Translations under genes and position numbers: made by a program
Source: Myxococcota bacterium
Lineage (GTDB): Bacteria; Myxococcota_A; Bradymonadia; UBA7976; UBA1532
Length of the DNA: 64,000 bases
Direction of reading: 5' to 3'
Assembly (NCBI GenBank): GCA_036337435.1
Contig: JAYZEG010000008.1
Coordinates: forward strand, 1 to 64,000
The notes under the pieces: generated by a model
Seen by the model: only the letters and a program-made list of their open reading frames with translations
The model's database searches: none
What the model was told of the DNA's origin: nothing
In this document: positions 38,208-48,975 of the stretch, piece after piece
How positions within the stretch are numbered: the stretch's first letter is position 1
Layout of the letters: every line of letters begins with the position of its first letter

Positions 38208-38783
38208 CTACCCGCCCGATGTCGTCAGGGCTCCTTCGATTTCACGTACCAGGTCAAGATCGGTTGGTTTTGTCAGGGAGGAAAAACGATTCACCAGCTG
38301 ACCACGTCGGTTTATTAAGAATTTCTCGAAATTCCAACGAACGCCCGCGTGCCGCCCAACACTGGTCCCCATCAAGCGACGGAACAGTGGGTCAGCCTGT
38401 CCTTTGACCTTCTGTTTCTTGAGCAACGGAAACGTCACGCCATATTCCCGCTTGGCAAACGCCGCGATTTCGGCCTCCGTGCCTGGTTCTTGCTGTCCGA
38501 ACTGATTGCACGGCACACCAATCACCAGCAAGCCCCGCGCTTTGTAACGCTCGTAGAGCCGCTGCAGCGCACCGTATTGGGAGGTGAAGCCGCATTGGGA
38601 TGCCACGTTGACGATCAACACCACTTTGTTCTCGTAGAGCCGAGGGGGCAGAACCACTCCGTCGATGGAATGGAGAGTCAGCCCTTCAAACACTGACGTT
38701 TCCTTCAATGCAGCCTCCTTGGCCGCCTGGCTGACGGTGCACCCGCTCAGCATCAAACATGCGATAAGATAAAAGCGAAACAT
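38208..38783 (-). CDS. Glutathione peroxidase-family lipoprotein (Cys type)
   Basis: NVASQCGFT, PCNQFGQQEPG, WNFEKFLI; lipobox LSG-C; start ATG 38783 (ORF extends to 38807). Confidence 0.93.
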   Translation of the reverse strand: MFRFYLIACLMLSGCTVSQAAKEAALKETSVFEGLTLHSIDGVVLPPRLYENKVVLIVNVASQCGFTSQYGALQRLYERYKARGLLVIGVPCNQFGQQEPGTEAEIAAFAKREYGVTFPLLKKQKVKGQADPLFRRLMGTSVGRHAGVRWNFEKFLINRRGQLVNRFSSLTKPTDLDLVREIEGALTTSGG

Positions 38784-39001
38784 GATTACAGACCTCGTAC
38801 TATGCAAGGCTTAAGAGTTTACTTTGTCCAGCAATGTTACACGAACCAGGACAATCGTCAGTGAAGCCGTCGCCCTGAGACAGCCGCTGAATCTCAAGGG
38901 TTTCATTTTCAGGGTTGTCATCGTGCATCAGACCCGAGCAAACTGTCGTGACATCGGATCGGTACTGACAGGCCTCCACCGGTCTCGCAGAAGGGACAAT
39001 C

Positions 39002-40123
39002 ATGGCACGAGCATTTAACCACTATGGATGGAAGGTCTCTCCATACACGGCGAAAACCCGCGCCTACTTGACGTATCAGTCTTTTCGTTTCAACGACATA
39101 GAGCCCACAGCACTGGCCCTGTACGGCCAAATCAAACCCCAAATCGGGCGAATCATTATGCCCACGGTCAAACTCAATGATGGGCAGTGGATTCAAGACT
39201 CTAGCAATATCATCGACCACTTTGAGGAAAACGGCTGTCGTTTATCGGGACGCCCGAGCGGACCTGTGCAAGCCTTCGCCAGTTCACTGTTGGAGGTTTT
39301 TGCCGATGAGTGGCTGCCGATGGCAGCATTACACTATCGATGGAATATCGAACAAAACCACGAATATGCGCTCAATGAATTCAGCCGGTCTGGATTTCCC
39401 TGGCTTCCGCGTCTGGTAGGCCGGCGTTTAATTCGACCCATGGCCGATAAAATGCGGAGTTATTTACCCGTTTTGGGTGTATCGCAAGTCACAATCCCTG
39501 GCGTTGAAGAAACCACCCTTGCTACGTTGACCTGCCTGAACACGCAATTGTCCCAGACCCCGTATGTCTTCGGATGGCGTGCTTGCATTGGAGATTTCGC
39601 GCTCTTCGGTCCCCTTTGGGCTCATCTATATCGAGATCCCGGGAGCCGACATTTGTTTGACTCTTTTCCAGCTGTGCGCGAGTGGATCGATCGGCTAAAG
39701 ACGGGCTATCAAGCCGATGGCCAATTTGTCGAGAATGACCAAATACCAGCCGCTTTGGCACCTTTATTTGCCTTAATCATGGATGACCAGTGGGCCTGGA
39801 TCAACACACTCGTGACACAGATTGACAGGTACTGCTCCGATACCCCGGATGCCCGACGAGTTCCACGGGCACTCGGTGTCGCCCCCTTTACGATTCGAGG
39901 GTTGCCGGGCGAACGAAAACTGATTACTGGGGTTCAATGGAAAGCCCAACGAGTGCGCCGATGCTACGATGCGGCACCCGACCACTGCGAGGCATGGCTG
40001 CGGACGTTACCCGCCCACGACGGCAAAAGACAGCGGGTCATTCCCACCATCAAAAACCGACTCACTTATCACGAGCACGCGATGGTCCTCGAAGCACCGC
40101 TGACGACCCCCTCAATGGATTGA
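39002..40123 (+). CDS. Glutathione S-transferase family protein
   Basis: SPYTAKTRAYL, MPTV, QDSSNIIDHFE, FADEWL, GDFALFGPLWAHLYRDP. Confidence 0.85.
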   Translation: MARAFNHYGWKVSPYTAKTRAYLTYQSFRFNDIEPTALALYGQIKPQIGRIIMPTVKLNDGQWIQDSSNIIDHFEENGCRLSGRPSGPVQAFASSLLEVFADEWLPMAALHYRWNIEQNHEYALNEFSRSGFPWLPRLVGRRLIRPMADKMRSYLPVLGVSQVTIPGVEETTLATLTCLNTQLSQTPYVFGWRACIGDFALFGPLWAHLYRDPGSRHLFDSFPAVREWIDRLKTGYQADGQFVENDQIPAALAPLFALIMDDQWAWINTLVTQIDRYCSDTPDARRVPRALGVAPFTIRGLPGERKLITGVQWKAQRVRRCYDAAPDHCEAWLRTLPAHDGKRQRVIPTIKNRLTYHEHAMVLEAPLTTPSMD

Positions 40124-40145
40124 GTTAGTCTGCAACGTATCCAGT

Positions 40146-40883
40146 CTAATAACGATAGATCATCCTGACTAGGTCGGGCTTGTCGCCGTTGGCATCAGCG
40201 ATATGTGTAGGGCCGACATATTCCAGTAACCGGCCCGATTTTTTATCGTAGACCAGCTTCATTTGAACGCCAGCAAAGAACCTCAGAATAGCACTGTTAA
40301 GGTCGACTTTGATAAACAGCCTATCCCCCTCTTCTGCCTGCCCCTCCAAGCGAAAGGTGAAATAGTCAAACCGACCGGGGATCAAAAGCCGGATTTTCTT
40401 TTTTGTGCCGACTTTGAAGGCACCACTCTTGATGATGCCGCGTAAATACCAGTGAAACCCCTGACCTGCGACTGTAATGGGCGCCGTTGGGGGTCGATAG
40501 ATCTTTTCTTCTAAGGTGTCTTTCTGTGTGTCGCGACGATACATTAACGGGCGGCCATCGACCAACCGGACTCCATGCTGTTCCCCGGTCCGCCGGTCAA
40601 CATAATCATAGGAATAACGGTCAGTCACCGTTTGAAAATTCATTTCCAAGCGGCCCCACAGAACCTTATCTGGGCTATAATAACGTGTAACCGCTGCGAC
40701 AGGATTACCTTGACTCAATCGGTCGACGTGTTCCTCGATGTAGAAGATGTGCCCGGTCTTAGGGTGCGTCGCAATCGCGGTATATTCAAGCGTCCTTGAC
40801 GCGTTCAACTCAGCCGACGCTGATTGTAGACCAAGGACCAACTGAAGGGCGACAATGCACCCAACGTTTGCGAACCACTTCAT
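40146..40883 (-). CDS. Secreted hypothetical protein
   Basis: Signal peptide ending ASA; SD GGGGAG; beta-rich; VAGQGFH and LLEYVGP motifs. Confidence 0.75.
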   Translation of the reverse strand: MKWFANVGCIVALQLVLGLQSASAELNASRTLEYTAIATHPKTGHIFYIEEHVDRLSQGNPVAAVTRYYSPDKVLWGRLEMNFQTVTDRYSYDYVDRRTGEQHGVRLVDGRPLMYRRDTQKDTLEEKIYRPPTAPITVAGQGFHWYLRGIIKSGAFKVGTKKKIRLLIPGRFDYFTFRLEGQAEEGDRLFIKVDLNSAILRFFAGVQMKLVYDKKSGRLLEYVGPTHIADANGDKPDLVRMIYRY

Positions 40884-41077
40884 ATCTCCCCCTACGCCCC
40901 ACCAACGTGTCTGCAGGATACCGAGATCAAATGGAAATTACCAACTGGGAATATACGACACTCATGGGCCCGATGACTGGTGCCACAGGTGTCCCTTGGC
41001 AAGTTTAAGGATCTGCGTGCCACCGTTACACCGCCAACTGCATCAGTCATGCAACCCCCCATGCAGGAGCGAGTGTC

Positions 41078-41884
41078 ATGCCCGAAGGTCATACGATTCA
41101 TCGACTCGCGAGAGACCACAGTAAACCGTTTGAAGGACAAACCGTCGTCAGCACATCGCCTCAGGGCCGCTTCACCGAAGGAGCAGAGCGCCTCAACGGT
41201 CAGCGTGTAGACCGGGTTTTCGCCCATGGGAAACACCTTTTTTACCAATTCAGCAGCAGCCAACATGGCCCGCTTTACTGCCACGTGCACTTAGGCCTAT
41301 TCGGCCGTTTCAAAAAAATAAAAGCTCCGTTCGGTGACCCGAAACCGACGGTTCGTTGGCGTCTCACTACACGAACAGCGGGTTTCGACCTGACCGGGCC
41401 AAACTACTGCGAACTTCTGGATGAGCTCGCGGTGAGGCGGCTTCGGAATCGTTTGGGGCCAGACCCATTAGCATCGACTGACCAGGGAGAGGCGTTTGCG
41501 GCCAATATGGCGAAGACGCGTAGGGCCATTGGCGCAGTTCTACTCGACCAGGCGATGGTGTCTGGGGTTGGCAATATCTATCGGTGTGAGTTGCTATGGG
41601 CGCACGGCTTATCGCCCACCCAGCGAGCCTGTGACGTTGACTCAAAAGAGATCACGGCTCTTTGGACGACCATGCGGCGGTGGCTCAAAATTGGTGTCGA
41701 AACCAACAAAATTATCACAACGCTAGACGACGATGAGAGACCAGCAAAAGCATTGACACGGTCCGAACAGGTACGCATTTACAAAAAAGAGGTCTGCCCG
41801 AAATGCGAAAATCCAATCTCGATTAAGTCGATTGCACAACGAAAATTGTATTTTTGTCCCCAGTGTCAACGTGAATCAGACTAA
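41078..41884 (+). CDS. nei: Fpg/Nei DNA glycosylase (Nei-like)
   Basis: [23 protein letters not shown]2[19 protein letters not shown], Zn finger CPKC/CPQCQ. Confidence 0.95.
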   Translation: MPEGHTIHRLARDHSKPFEGQTVVSTSPQGRFTEGAERLNGQRVDRVFAHGKHLFYQFSSSQHGPLYCHVHLGLFGRFKKIKAPFGDPKPTVRWRLTTRTAGFDLTGPNYCELLDELAVRRLRNRLGPDPLASTDQGEAFAANMAKTRRAIGAVLLDQAMVSGVGNIYRCELLWAHGLSPTQRACDVDSKEITALWTTMRRWLKIGVETNKIITTLDDDERPAKALTRSEQVRIYKKEVCPKCENPISIKSIAQRKLYFCPQCQRESD

Positions 41885-42251
41885 ACATTGCCCAAGCTGC
41901 GGTCGGTCCTTCGAGTGGCGTAAAAAATGGGCGTCCAACTGGACTGAGGTTCGGTATTGCTCTGCCCTCTGTCGCCGTCAGCGACTTGAGCGTAGGGATA
42001 ACCACTTACACGAAATCATCCTGCGATTGCTTCACGCACAGCAGCCAAAAGACGGGTTAAAAGCATCTCAAATTGCCGACCATGCCTTCGGATCTCGAAA
42101 AGCGGCCGATTGTGAACGGGTGCTTCGTGCTGCGCGGCGACTGGCCCTCGACGCAAAAGTCATTTTCTTCGAGAACGCGAAGCGAGTCGATGCCACGCAT
42201 GCACGGCTCTCAGCCCAAATCAAGCTGAGTAGAGGGTCTGTTGATGTCTAG
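41871..42251 (+). CDS. DUF2256 + DUF3253 domain protein
   Basis: [16 protein letters not shown]...[10 protein letters not shown] followed by a wHTH-like RAARRLA segment; GTG 41871 overlaps the nei stop. Confidence 0.85.
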   Translation: MNQTKHCPSCGRSFEWRKKWASNWTEVRYCSALCRRQRLERRDNHLHEIILRLLHAQQPKDGLKASQIADHAFGSRKAADCERVLRAARRLALDAKVIFFENAKRVDATHARLSAQIKLSRGSVDV

Positions 42252-42666
42252 ACGCAGAAACCAGCTGATGCTGTTCTGTGCCGCCCACGATAAGACATTC
42301 GAGCTGGGCAGCCAACGCGACGCGGGCTGGCAAGGGAAGTGCATTCACTGCCAGCGTAAAGTGTTATTACGTCGAGACGGCAAGCCTCATTCTGGATCGA
42401 CATTAGAACATATCTGGCCTCGGTCGAAGGGAGGCAGCGACCACCCTGACAATCTGGCCATCGCGTGTAGCCGTTGCAATTCACAAAAGGGCCGAAAAAT
42501 CGACATCCTGGATAACGATGATCCTCGTTTGATCAAGGTCGTCAACTCATTGAAGAAGAGAAAATCGGACCGCCTAAGACACGATATAAACCATCTTCCC
42601 GCCGATCTCCTGTGGGTCATCACAAACCTGCTGCCAACCGCGCCAGACCCATTCAACGAGGCCTGA
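42244..42666 (+). CDS. HNH endonuclease
   Basis: CIHC...[12 protein letters not shown]...[14 protein letters not shown]; start overlaps the upstream stop. Confidence 0.9.
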   Translation: MSRRRNQLMLFCAAHDKTFELGSQRDAGWQGKCIHCQRKVLLRRDGKPHSGSTLEHIWPRSKGGSDHPDNLAIACSRCNSQKGRKIDILDNDDPRLIKVVNSLKKRKSDRLRHDINHLPADLLWVITNLLPTAPDPFNEA

Positions 42667-43567
42667 GCGGACGCCCGCGATTCAGCCGTGGCCCTCGCCG
42701 CGGTGCCCGAATATCAGACCCGAAGATGATGCGCTGCACATACCAACGCTGGCCTCTCCAAGGGGCCAGAAGGTCAAACATACGAGCATCATCTGCCCTT
42801 TCTTCGTTGGCAAGAACCCAGGCAACCGTATGGGGCAATTGATAATCGCCGGTAATGACGACATCGGGGGTGTTCGTGGAGAAACCAAGGCAATGTTCAA
42901 TGGTCCAGTTTCCGATGCCAGGGATGGTTCGAAGGCGTCGTGACAACGACGTTTCATCGTCACCCACCCACCCATCAAGTCGGTTACCGAGCCGCGCTAA
43001 CTCGCGGACCACTGCCGCTCTTTTGAGAGACAGGCCACACGCTTGTAAGTGACCTAAAGGATGCCTCTGGATATCCTCAAAGCTCGGGGGGCAGTACAAA
43101 CCGTTCGGGGCCACTTGGGAACCGAACTTTAAAACCCATTGGCGCCATATTTTGGCAGCATCCCGCCATTCGATGAGCTGTTGGAAAACCGTCCGAATCA
43201 AGTCGTACCCAAGGGAGACACTCACGCCTAAATGAAGGCCGGGCAGCTTTCTCGATAAGCGTTCAAGGGTGGGATGGCCAGTGACCCGTAATGGAGCGCG
43301 GTGTAGACCAAATAATGCCTCAATCGTCTGCCTATCAAATAGCGTTCCAGCGCTGATCACATCGACCGACAAGCGCGTCTTGTCTCGTGTGGCGTCGATG
43401 ACGGTTATGGCCCCATCAAAGTGGGTTACTTTCACAAAACGATCATTGGACAAGGTTTGCGTAGGATCCCACTGACCAAAGCGCCCGAAGCGCATGGTGC
43501 CGAACAAGTCATAATGCTCGGGAAGCTCGAAATTATAGCTGGCTTGATTTTTCATAACTGTTTGCAT
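42653..43567 (-). CDS. AlkA-like HhH-GPD DNA-3-methyladenine glycosylase family protein
   Basis: LRTIPGIGNWT (HhH), PDVVITGDYQLP, DDARMFDLLAPWRGQR. Confidence 0.85.
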   Translation of the reverse strand: MQTVMKNQASYNFELPEHYDLFGTMRFGRFGQWDPTQTLSNDRFVKVTHFDGAITVIDATRDKTRLSVDVISAGTLFDRQTIEALFGLHRAPLRVTGHPTLERLSRKLPGLHLGVSVSLGYDLIRTVFQQLIEWRDAAKIWRQWVLKFGSQVAPNGLYCPPSFEDIQRHPLGHLQACGLSLKRAAVVRELARLGNRLDGWVGDDETSLSRRLRTIPGIGNWTIEHCLGFSTNTPDVVITGDYQLPHTVAWVLANEERADDARMFDLLAPWRGQRWYVQRIIFGSDIRAPRRGPRLNRGRPLRPR

Positions 43568-43710
43568 AGCCCAGGATAATGATACGCTTCAATCAGAGAC
43601 GTTACGGCCCAAATGACAACGCAATCAATCACGACACCGGGCCTAGGAGAAATCTTCAAATATGGGCGGCTTTTGAATCTGGTCGCCCGTCATGTGTATC
43701 TGGACAAGAG

Positions 43711-46700
43711 ATGCAGGATTATCAATTTCATTCCATCACCAAAACATGGTTCGCCGAATGTTTTAATTCGCCGACACCAGCGCAAGACGGTGCGTGGAAG
43801 GCAATCGCCAATGGCAACTCAACGCTTCTGATGGCCCCAACGGGCTCCGGTAAAACCCTTGCCGCATTTCTGTACGCCTTGGACCGGATGATGTTCTCCT
43901 CGGCCGATGGGGTCGATCGAGGGCGCATCCTGTATATCTCACCGATCAAAGCCCTGGCGGTCGACGTCGAGCGCAACCTTCGGTCACCACTCACCGGATT
44001 GGCCACGGTTGCCAGCCGAAAGGGACAATCGGTCAACCCGATTCAGGTGGGGGTGCGAACAGGCGACACTTCGCAAAGAGACCGTCTCGCCATGGTCAAA
44101 AACCCGCCAGACATCCTGATCACGACGCCCGAATCGCTGTATTTGATGCTTACCTCGAAGGCTGCCTCAATTCTTGAGGCCGTCGATACCATCATCATCG
44201 ATGAGATTCATGCCATCGCCGGCAGTAAACGGGGCACCCATCTATTTTTGAGTCTCGAAAGGCTTGAGGCTCTCACGGAGGGTGAACATACGATTCAGCG
44301 AATCGGGTTATCTGCAACGCAGAGGCCACTCGATGAGGTTGCCCAACTTCTGGGAGGCTTTCAGAGGGTCGATGGCCAACTCCGTCCTCGGCCCGTCGAG
44401 ATCGTCGATGTGAAAGAACGCAAGTCACTCCAGCTGTCGATCGAGGTGCCGACCGCGGATATGGTGACTCTTGACGATATCGACTTTGAATCCGAGACCT
44501 TTGAATCCCCCGACGTCGGAGTCACATCGGCTGGCCAGGCCAAATCTATCTGGCCGATTCTATACCCTAAGATCATTGACAAAATTCGAGCCCATCGAAC
44601 CACTCTGATTTTCGTTAATTCCCGGCGAACGGCAGAACGTTTGGCCAATGCCATTAACGACGTAGCGAAAGAAGACCTTGCCCGTGCACATCACGGGTCC
44701 TTAGCGCATGCCGTCCGAATGGATATCGAAGACCAACTTAAACGCGGCCTACTGCCGGCGATCGTGGCGACGGCATCCCTTGAATTAGGCATTGATATGG
44801 GAGCTGTTGATCTGGTGATTCAGGTTGAATCTCCACCGTCGATCGCGTCGGGATTGCAGCGAATCGGACGAGCCCAGCACCATGTAGGCGGTGTACCTAT
44901 CGGGGTCACATATCCCAAATTCCGTGCTGACCTAATCCCATGCGCGACGGCCCACAGTGCAATGCTTCGAGGGGCAATCGAGGCAACTCGGTATCTTCGC
45001 AATCCGCTGGATGTTTTGGCTCAACAAATCGTCGCCATCATCAGCATGCATGACCATTCGGTCGATACTCTGTTCGAACTCATCCAAGGTGCAGCGCCCT
45101 ACGCAGAGCTTTCGAAAGGGCTTTTCGAATCGGTCTTAGACATGCTCAGCGGCCGGTACCCATCAGACGATTTTAGTGACCTCCGGCCTCGGATTACTTG
45201 GGATAGGCTGACCGGTCAATTAACGGCCAGAAAAGGTGCAAAACGACTGGCCATTCTGAACGGCGGCACCATTCCAGAACGCGGTTTGTACGGCGTTTTC
45301 CTCCTTGGCGATGAAGCCGGACGGAGTCGCCGTGTTGGTGAGCTCGACGAAGAAATGGTTTTCGAATCGCGGGTCGGCGAGGTCTTCTTGCTCGGTGCCA
45401 GTTCTTGGCGCATTGAAGAAATCACGCATGAGAAAGTGCTGGTCACGCCGGCCCCTGGAGAACCCGGAAAAATGCCGTTTTGGCATGGCGATAGACCTGG
45501 TCGTCCATACGAATTTGGGCTAGAAGTCGGCGGTTTCCTTCGGATGCTTGATGAGCTCAACTCTACAGAGACTGACTCGCAACCACTGCAGACTGAGTAT
45601 ACCCTCGATTCCAATGCTCGACTCAATTTGCTGAATTATGTAGGTGAGCAGCGGGAGCACTCGGCTGTTCCCACAGACAAAAGACTGGTTCTGGAACGTT
45701 TTGTCGATGAGCTCGGCGATTGGCGAGTCTGTCTGCTGAGCCCGTTCGGTGGACGAGTTCATGCACCATGGGCAATGGCTGTGCGAACGAAGTTGATGGA
45801 CGAGTACCAACTCGAACTGGACGCCGTTTGGTCAGACGATGGCATTGTCTTTCGCTTGCCATTTGGTGAGGACCCGCCTGACGCGCAGCTTTTCTTTCCC
45901 AGCCCCGAGGACGTCGAACCGCTCTTGATCAGACGATTGGCTGAATCCGCGCTATTTGCGGCGCGTTTTCGAGAAAATGCAGGTCGCGCGTTGCTGCTAC
46001 CGAAGAAAAAACCGGGGGGACGAACGCCCCTATGGGCAATCCGACGCCGTGCTGCGTCGCTCCTGTCTGTGGCCGCTCGATTCAATGACTTCCCCATCAT
46101 TCTGGAAACGTATCGGGAGTGTTTGCGAGACCAGTTCGAGATCGAATCCCTGCAAGACGTTCTACGAAAAATTGAGAACCGGCACATTAAAGTTGTCGAC
46201 ATTCAAAGCGACACGCCATCGCCTTTTTCGACATCGTTGATGTTCGAGTACGTCGCGAATTTTATGTACGAAGGCGACGCACCACTGGCCGAGCGTAGAG
46301 CACATGCCTTAACCATAGACCAAAGTCGATTACGCGAATTATTGGGCACCTCCGCACTGAGAGAGTTATTGGCCATTGAGGCCATCGAAGAGCTGAACGC
46401 GGTTCTCCAGCGTCTCGATACCAAACTCAAGGCAGAGGATGATCTCCATGACCTCCTTCTCTCCCTCGGGCCACAATTTCGTGAGGAGATCGAGGCAAGG
46501 ACGGCTGACACTGCCAATGCCAGCGAATTGATTGCCACATTGATACGCCATCGACGGATTATTGACGTCGTCATCGGTGGACATAGACGGCTGGCTGCTG
46601 CCGAAGACAGTGCGCGTCTTCGAGATGCCCTTGGAACGGTCATTCCACCAGGTTTACCGTCTTCCTTTCTTGAGCCGGTGGCAGACCCAATGGGAGACTT

Positions 46701-48195
46701 GGTTTCTCGATACGCTCGACGTCGTGGCCCCTTTACTGCAAGACAACTCGCCAGTCACTATGGCTTAGGGTTGTCTGTAGCGCAGACCGCCCTGCAACCG
46801 TTGATTGCCCGAGGACGTATCATCGAAGGCGAGTTTCTCCCCGGGTCTCAGGGCACAGAGTATTGTGATGCCGACGTGCTCAAGCGTTTAAAGCGTCTGT
46901 CATTGGCCCGGCTCAGAGCCGATATAAAATCTGTTGAACACTCGGTTTTCTCGCGTTTTACACTCGCATGGCACGGACTGGACCAAAAGCAAAGAGGGCC
47001 GGACGCACTGCTCGACGTCGTCGATCAGCTACAGGGGGCTCCCCTGCCCGCGTCCGTGCTCGAGAGCGATATTCTGTCGGTTCGATTACATGATTACCAG
47101 CCGTCCGACTTGGACCAATTATTAGCCCACGGAGAGGTGGTTTGGGTTGGCCTCCGGTCTACGGGTGTCCGAGATGGTCGTATTGCCTTGTTTACCATGG
47201 CTCATCTCGATCTTTTAGCCCCTGTCCCCACGCCATTGGATGGGGAGATCTATGATGAGGTCAGACGAGTTCTGAACGAACGCGGGGCTCTCTTTTTTAA
47301 ACAACTGAGTGGTTTGGTCGGCGGATTTCCGGAACGCCTACTAGAAGCCGTCTGGGACTTGGTTTGGAACGGAGAGGTCAGCAACGATTCATTGGTGCCA
47401 TTGAGACGCATGGTCCGCCCCCCCCAAGAGCTGAAAAAACAACGCCGACGCGCCTATCGACTCCGACCAAGTCGTCATCACAGCTTGCCGGGCTCCGAGG
47501 GTCGCTGGTGGCTGGTCGATGAGCGGCGGTCGAACGCGCCAAATCAAACGGATCGGCGTATGGCCTTGGCCCAACAACTACTCGAACGCCACGGCATTAT
47601 CACCCGTGAAGCCGCAGCGTCAGAACAACTGGACGGCGGTTTTTCGAGTGTTTATCCGGTGTTTAAGGCACTTGAGGAGAGCGGTCGGATTCGACGGGGC
47701 TACTTTGTCGAAGGTTTGGGTCTAACTCAGTTTGCGGTGCCCGGTGCCGATGACCAACTGCGACAAGGTCGGACGAGCGATACTGAGAGCTCCGTTTTAT
47801 TACTGGCAACCACCGACCCAGCTAACCCCTTTGGCGCCGCATTACCCTGGCCCGATGATTTTAGTGGGCGCCCGGAGCGGTCCCCTGGGTCCAGGGTTGC
47901 GATCATGGGCGGACGACCAATCGCTTTCATCAGTCGCTCTGGGCGGAGTCTACACACGCGGTTTTCCCAGGACATCATCGAACGCCGTGTGGAGGTCCAG
48001 GGTCTGTGTCAAGCACTCCGTGACTTCGCGCAAATCAACCGCATAAAGGTCATCTATATAGAGCAAATCAATGGCGAGCTCGCGAGAGACTCGAGTTTAA
48101 CATCAGAGTTTATTGAACATGGGTTCCGCCCCACGGGCGATGCGATTCGACTCACCACAAGTAGACAAGCAGGTCCGACTGATGCCCGAGGGTGA
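43711..48195 (+). CDS. lhr: Lhr ATP-dependent helicase (full length with C-terminal domain)
   Basis: APTGSGKT, DEIH, GLSATQRP, HHGSL, SLELGIDMG, QRIGRA, GELDEEMVFESR, C-terminal RRGYFVEGLG..QFA and DPANPFG; likely start ATG 43711 (ORF extends to 43579). Confidence 0.96.
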   Translation: MQDYQFHSITKTWFAECFNSPTPAQDGAWKAIANGNSTLLMAPTGSGKTLAAFLYALDRMMFSSADGVDRGRILYISPIKALAVDVERNLRSPLTGLATVASRKGQSVNPIQVGVRTGDTSQRDRLAMVKNPPDILITTPESLYLMLTSKAASILEAVDTIIIDEIHAIAGSKRGTHLFLSLERLEALTEGEHTIQRIGLSATQRPLDEVAQLLGGFQRVDGQLRPRPVEIVDVKERKSLQLSIEVPTADMVTLDDIDFESETFESPDVGVTSAGQAKSIWPILYPKIIDKIRAHRTTLIFVNSRRTAERLANAINDVAKEDLARAHHGSLAHAVRMDIEDQLKRGLLPAIVATASLELGIDMGAVDLVIQVESPPSIASGLQRIGRAQHHVGGVPIGVTYPKFRADLIPCATAHSAMLRGAIEATRYLRNPLDVLAQQIVAIISMHDHSVDTLFELIQGAAPYAELSKGLFESVLDMLSGRYPSDDFSDLRPRITWDRLTGQLTARKGAKRLAILNGGTIPERGLYGVFLLGDEAGRSRRVGELDEEMVFESRVGEVFLLGASSWRIEEITHEKVLVTPAPGEPGKMPFWHGDRPGRPYEFGLEVGGFLRMLDELNSTETDSQPLQTEYTLDSNARLNLLNYVGEQREHSAVPTDKRLVLERFVDELGDWRVCLLSPFGGRVHAPWAMAVRTKLMDEYQLELDAVWSDDGIVFRLPFGEDPPDAQLFFPSPEDVEPLLIRRLAESALFAARFRENAGRALLLPKKKPGGRTPLWAIRRRAASLLSVAARFNDFPIILETYRECLRDQFEIESLQDVLRKIENRHIKVVDIQSDTPSPFSTSLMFEYVANFMYEGDAPLAERRAHALTIDQSRLRELLGTSALRELLAIEAIEELNAVLQRLDTKLKAEDDLHDLLLSLGPQFREEIEARTADTANASELIATLIRHRRIIDVVIGGHRRLAAAEDSARLRDALGTVIPPGLPSSFLEPVADPMGDLVSRYARRRGPFTARQLASHYGLGLSVAQTALQPLIARGRIIEGEFLPGSQGTEYCDADVLKRLKRLSLARLRADIKSVEHSVFSRFTLAWHGLDQKQRGPDALLDVVDQLQGAPLPASVLESDILSVRLHDYQPSDLDQLLAHGEVVWVGLRSTGVRDGRIALFTMAHLDLLAPVPTPLDGEIYDEVRRVLNERGALFFKQLSGLVGGFPERLLEAVWDLVWNGEVSNDSLVPLRRMVRPPQELKKQRRRAYRLRPSRHHSLPGSEGRWWLVDERRSNAPNQTDRRMALAQQLLERHGIITREAAASEQLDGGFSSVYPVFKALEESGRIRRGYFVEGLGLTQFAVPGADDQLRQGRTSDTESSVLLLATTDPANPFGAALPWPDDFSGRPERSPGSRVAIMGGRPIAFISRSGRSLHTRFSQDIIERRVEVQGLCQALRDFAQINRIKVIYIEQINGELARDSSLTSEFIEHGFRPTGDAIRLTTSRQAGPTDARG

Positions 48196-48958
48196 CTCCA
48201 TTCATCGACTGGCCAATCGCTTCAATACCCAATGCGAGGGCAGCAAAATCTGCAAGGTCACAGCTCGCCAAGTGCATCGCTCTGACCGACTCTTAGGCGC
48301 GGGCGTGTTGACAACCGAAGCCTTGGGAAAACACCTTTTAATCCATCTTGATAACGACCATATCATTCATACACACCTGGGCCGTGAGGGCCGCTGGATC
48401 TTTAAGCGAACCCAGGAACTGAGGCGCGCCTCAAACGGCCTGAGACTGCGATTGGTGTTCAAAAACATCACAGCAGATTGCTTAGATCCACGGACCATTG
48501 AGGTCTTGACTCATGATGAGTTGAGACGCCATCAACTCCTCGGAGGACTGGGTCCAGATATTTTGTCCCAGTCCACAGATTGGGCACAGATTTATGAGCG
48601 AATCAAACGAAAGCAGCCGATGAGTGTGGCTGATATGCTCTTAGACCAAAGCATCTGTTCAGGAATCGGCAATGTTTATAAATCCGAGGTTCTTTTCTTA
48701 GAGCAACGGCATCCATTGACAGCCCCATCGGCCCTCCAAGCCACGGAGATCAAAGCTCTCTACCAACGCGCGCGGCGTCTCATGCGGCGGAACCTCGGAG
48801 CGAACCCCAGACGGACCCGTTGGGCCGATGGACCCAAACTGTGGGTATATAATCGCAACAAAGCCCCCTGCCTGGTGTGCGGTACGCTCATCGGCCGGTT
48901 CAGACAGGGCCAACCACCGCGGTCCACTTATCTCTGCCGGACCTGCCAAAGCCATTGA
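48182..48958 (+). CDS. nei: Fpg/Nei DNA glycosylase (Nei2-like, lhr-linked)
   Basis: MPEGDSIHRLA, GKHLL, LLDQSICSGIGNVYKSE, Zn finger CLVC/CRTCQ; overlaps the lhr stop. Confidence 0.95.
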   Translation: MPEGDSIHRLANRFNTQCEGSKICKVTARQVHRSDRLLGAGVLTTEALGKHLLIHLDNDHIIHTHLGREGRWIFKRTQELRRASNGLRLRLVFKNITADCLDPRTIEVLTHDELRRHQLLGGLGPDILSQSTDWAQIYERIKRKQPMSVADMLLDQSICSGIGNVYKSEVLFLEQRHPLTAPSALQATEIKALYQRARRLMRRNLGANPRRTRWADGPKLWVYNRNKAPCLVCGTLIGRFRQGQPPRSTYLCRTCQSH

Positions 48959-48975
48959 AGGCCTCGCCATCACGC

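Noticed and set aside
38208..38807. Selenocysteine GPx, or a foreign higher-GC gene
   Set aside because: The active site is an ordinary Cys codon with no in-frame TGA, and the GC rise is only a few percent.
42244..42666. HNH gene as a homing endonuclease or mobile element
   Set aside because: No intron, intein, terminal repeats or integrase; it is small and coupled to repair genes.
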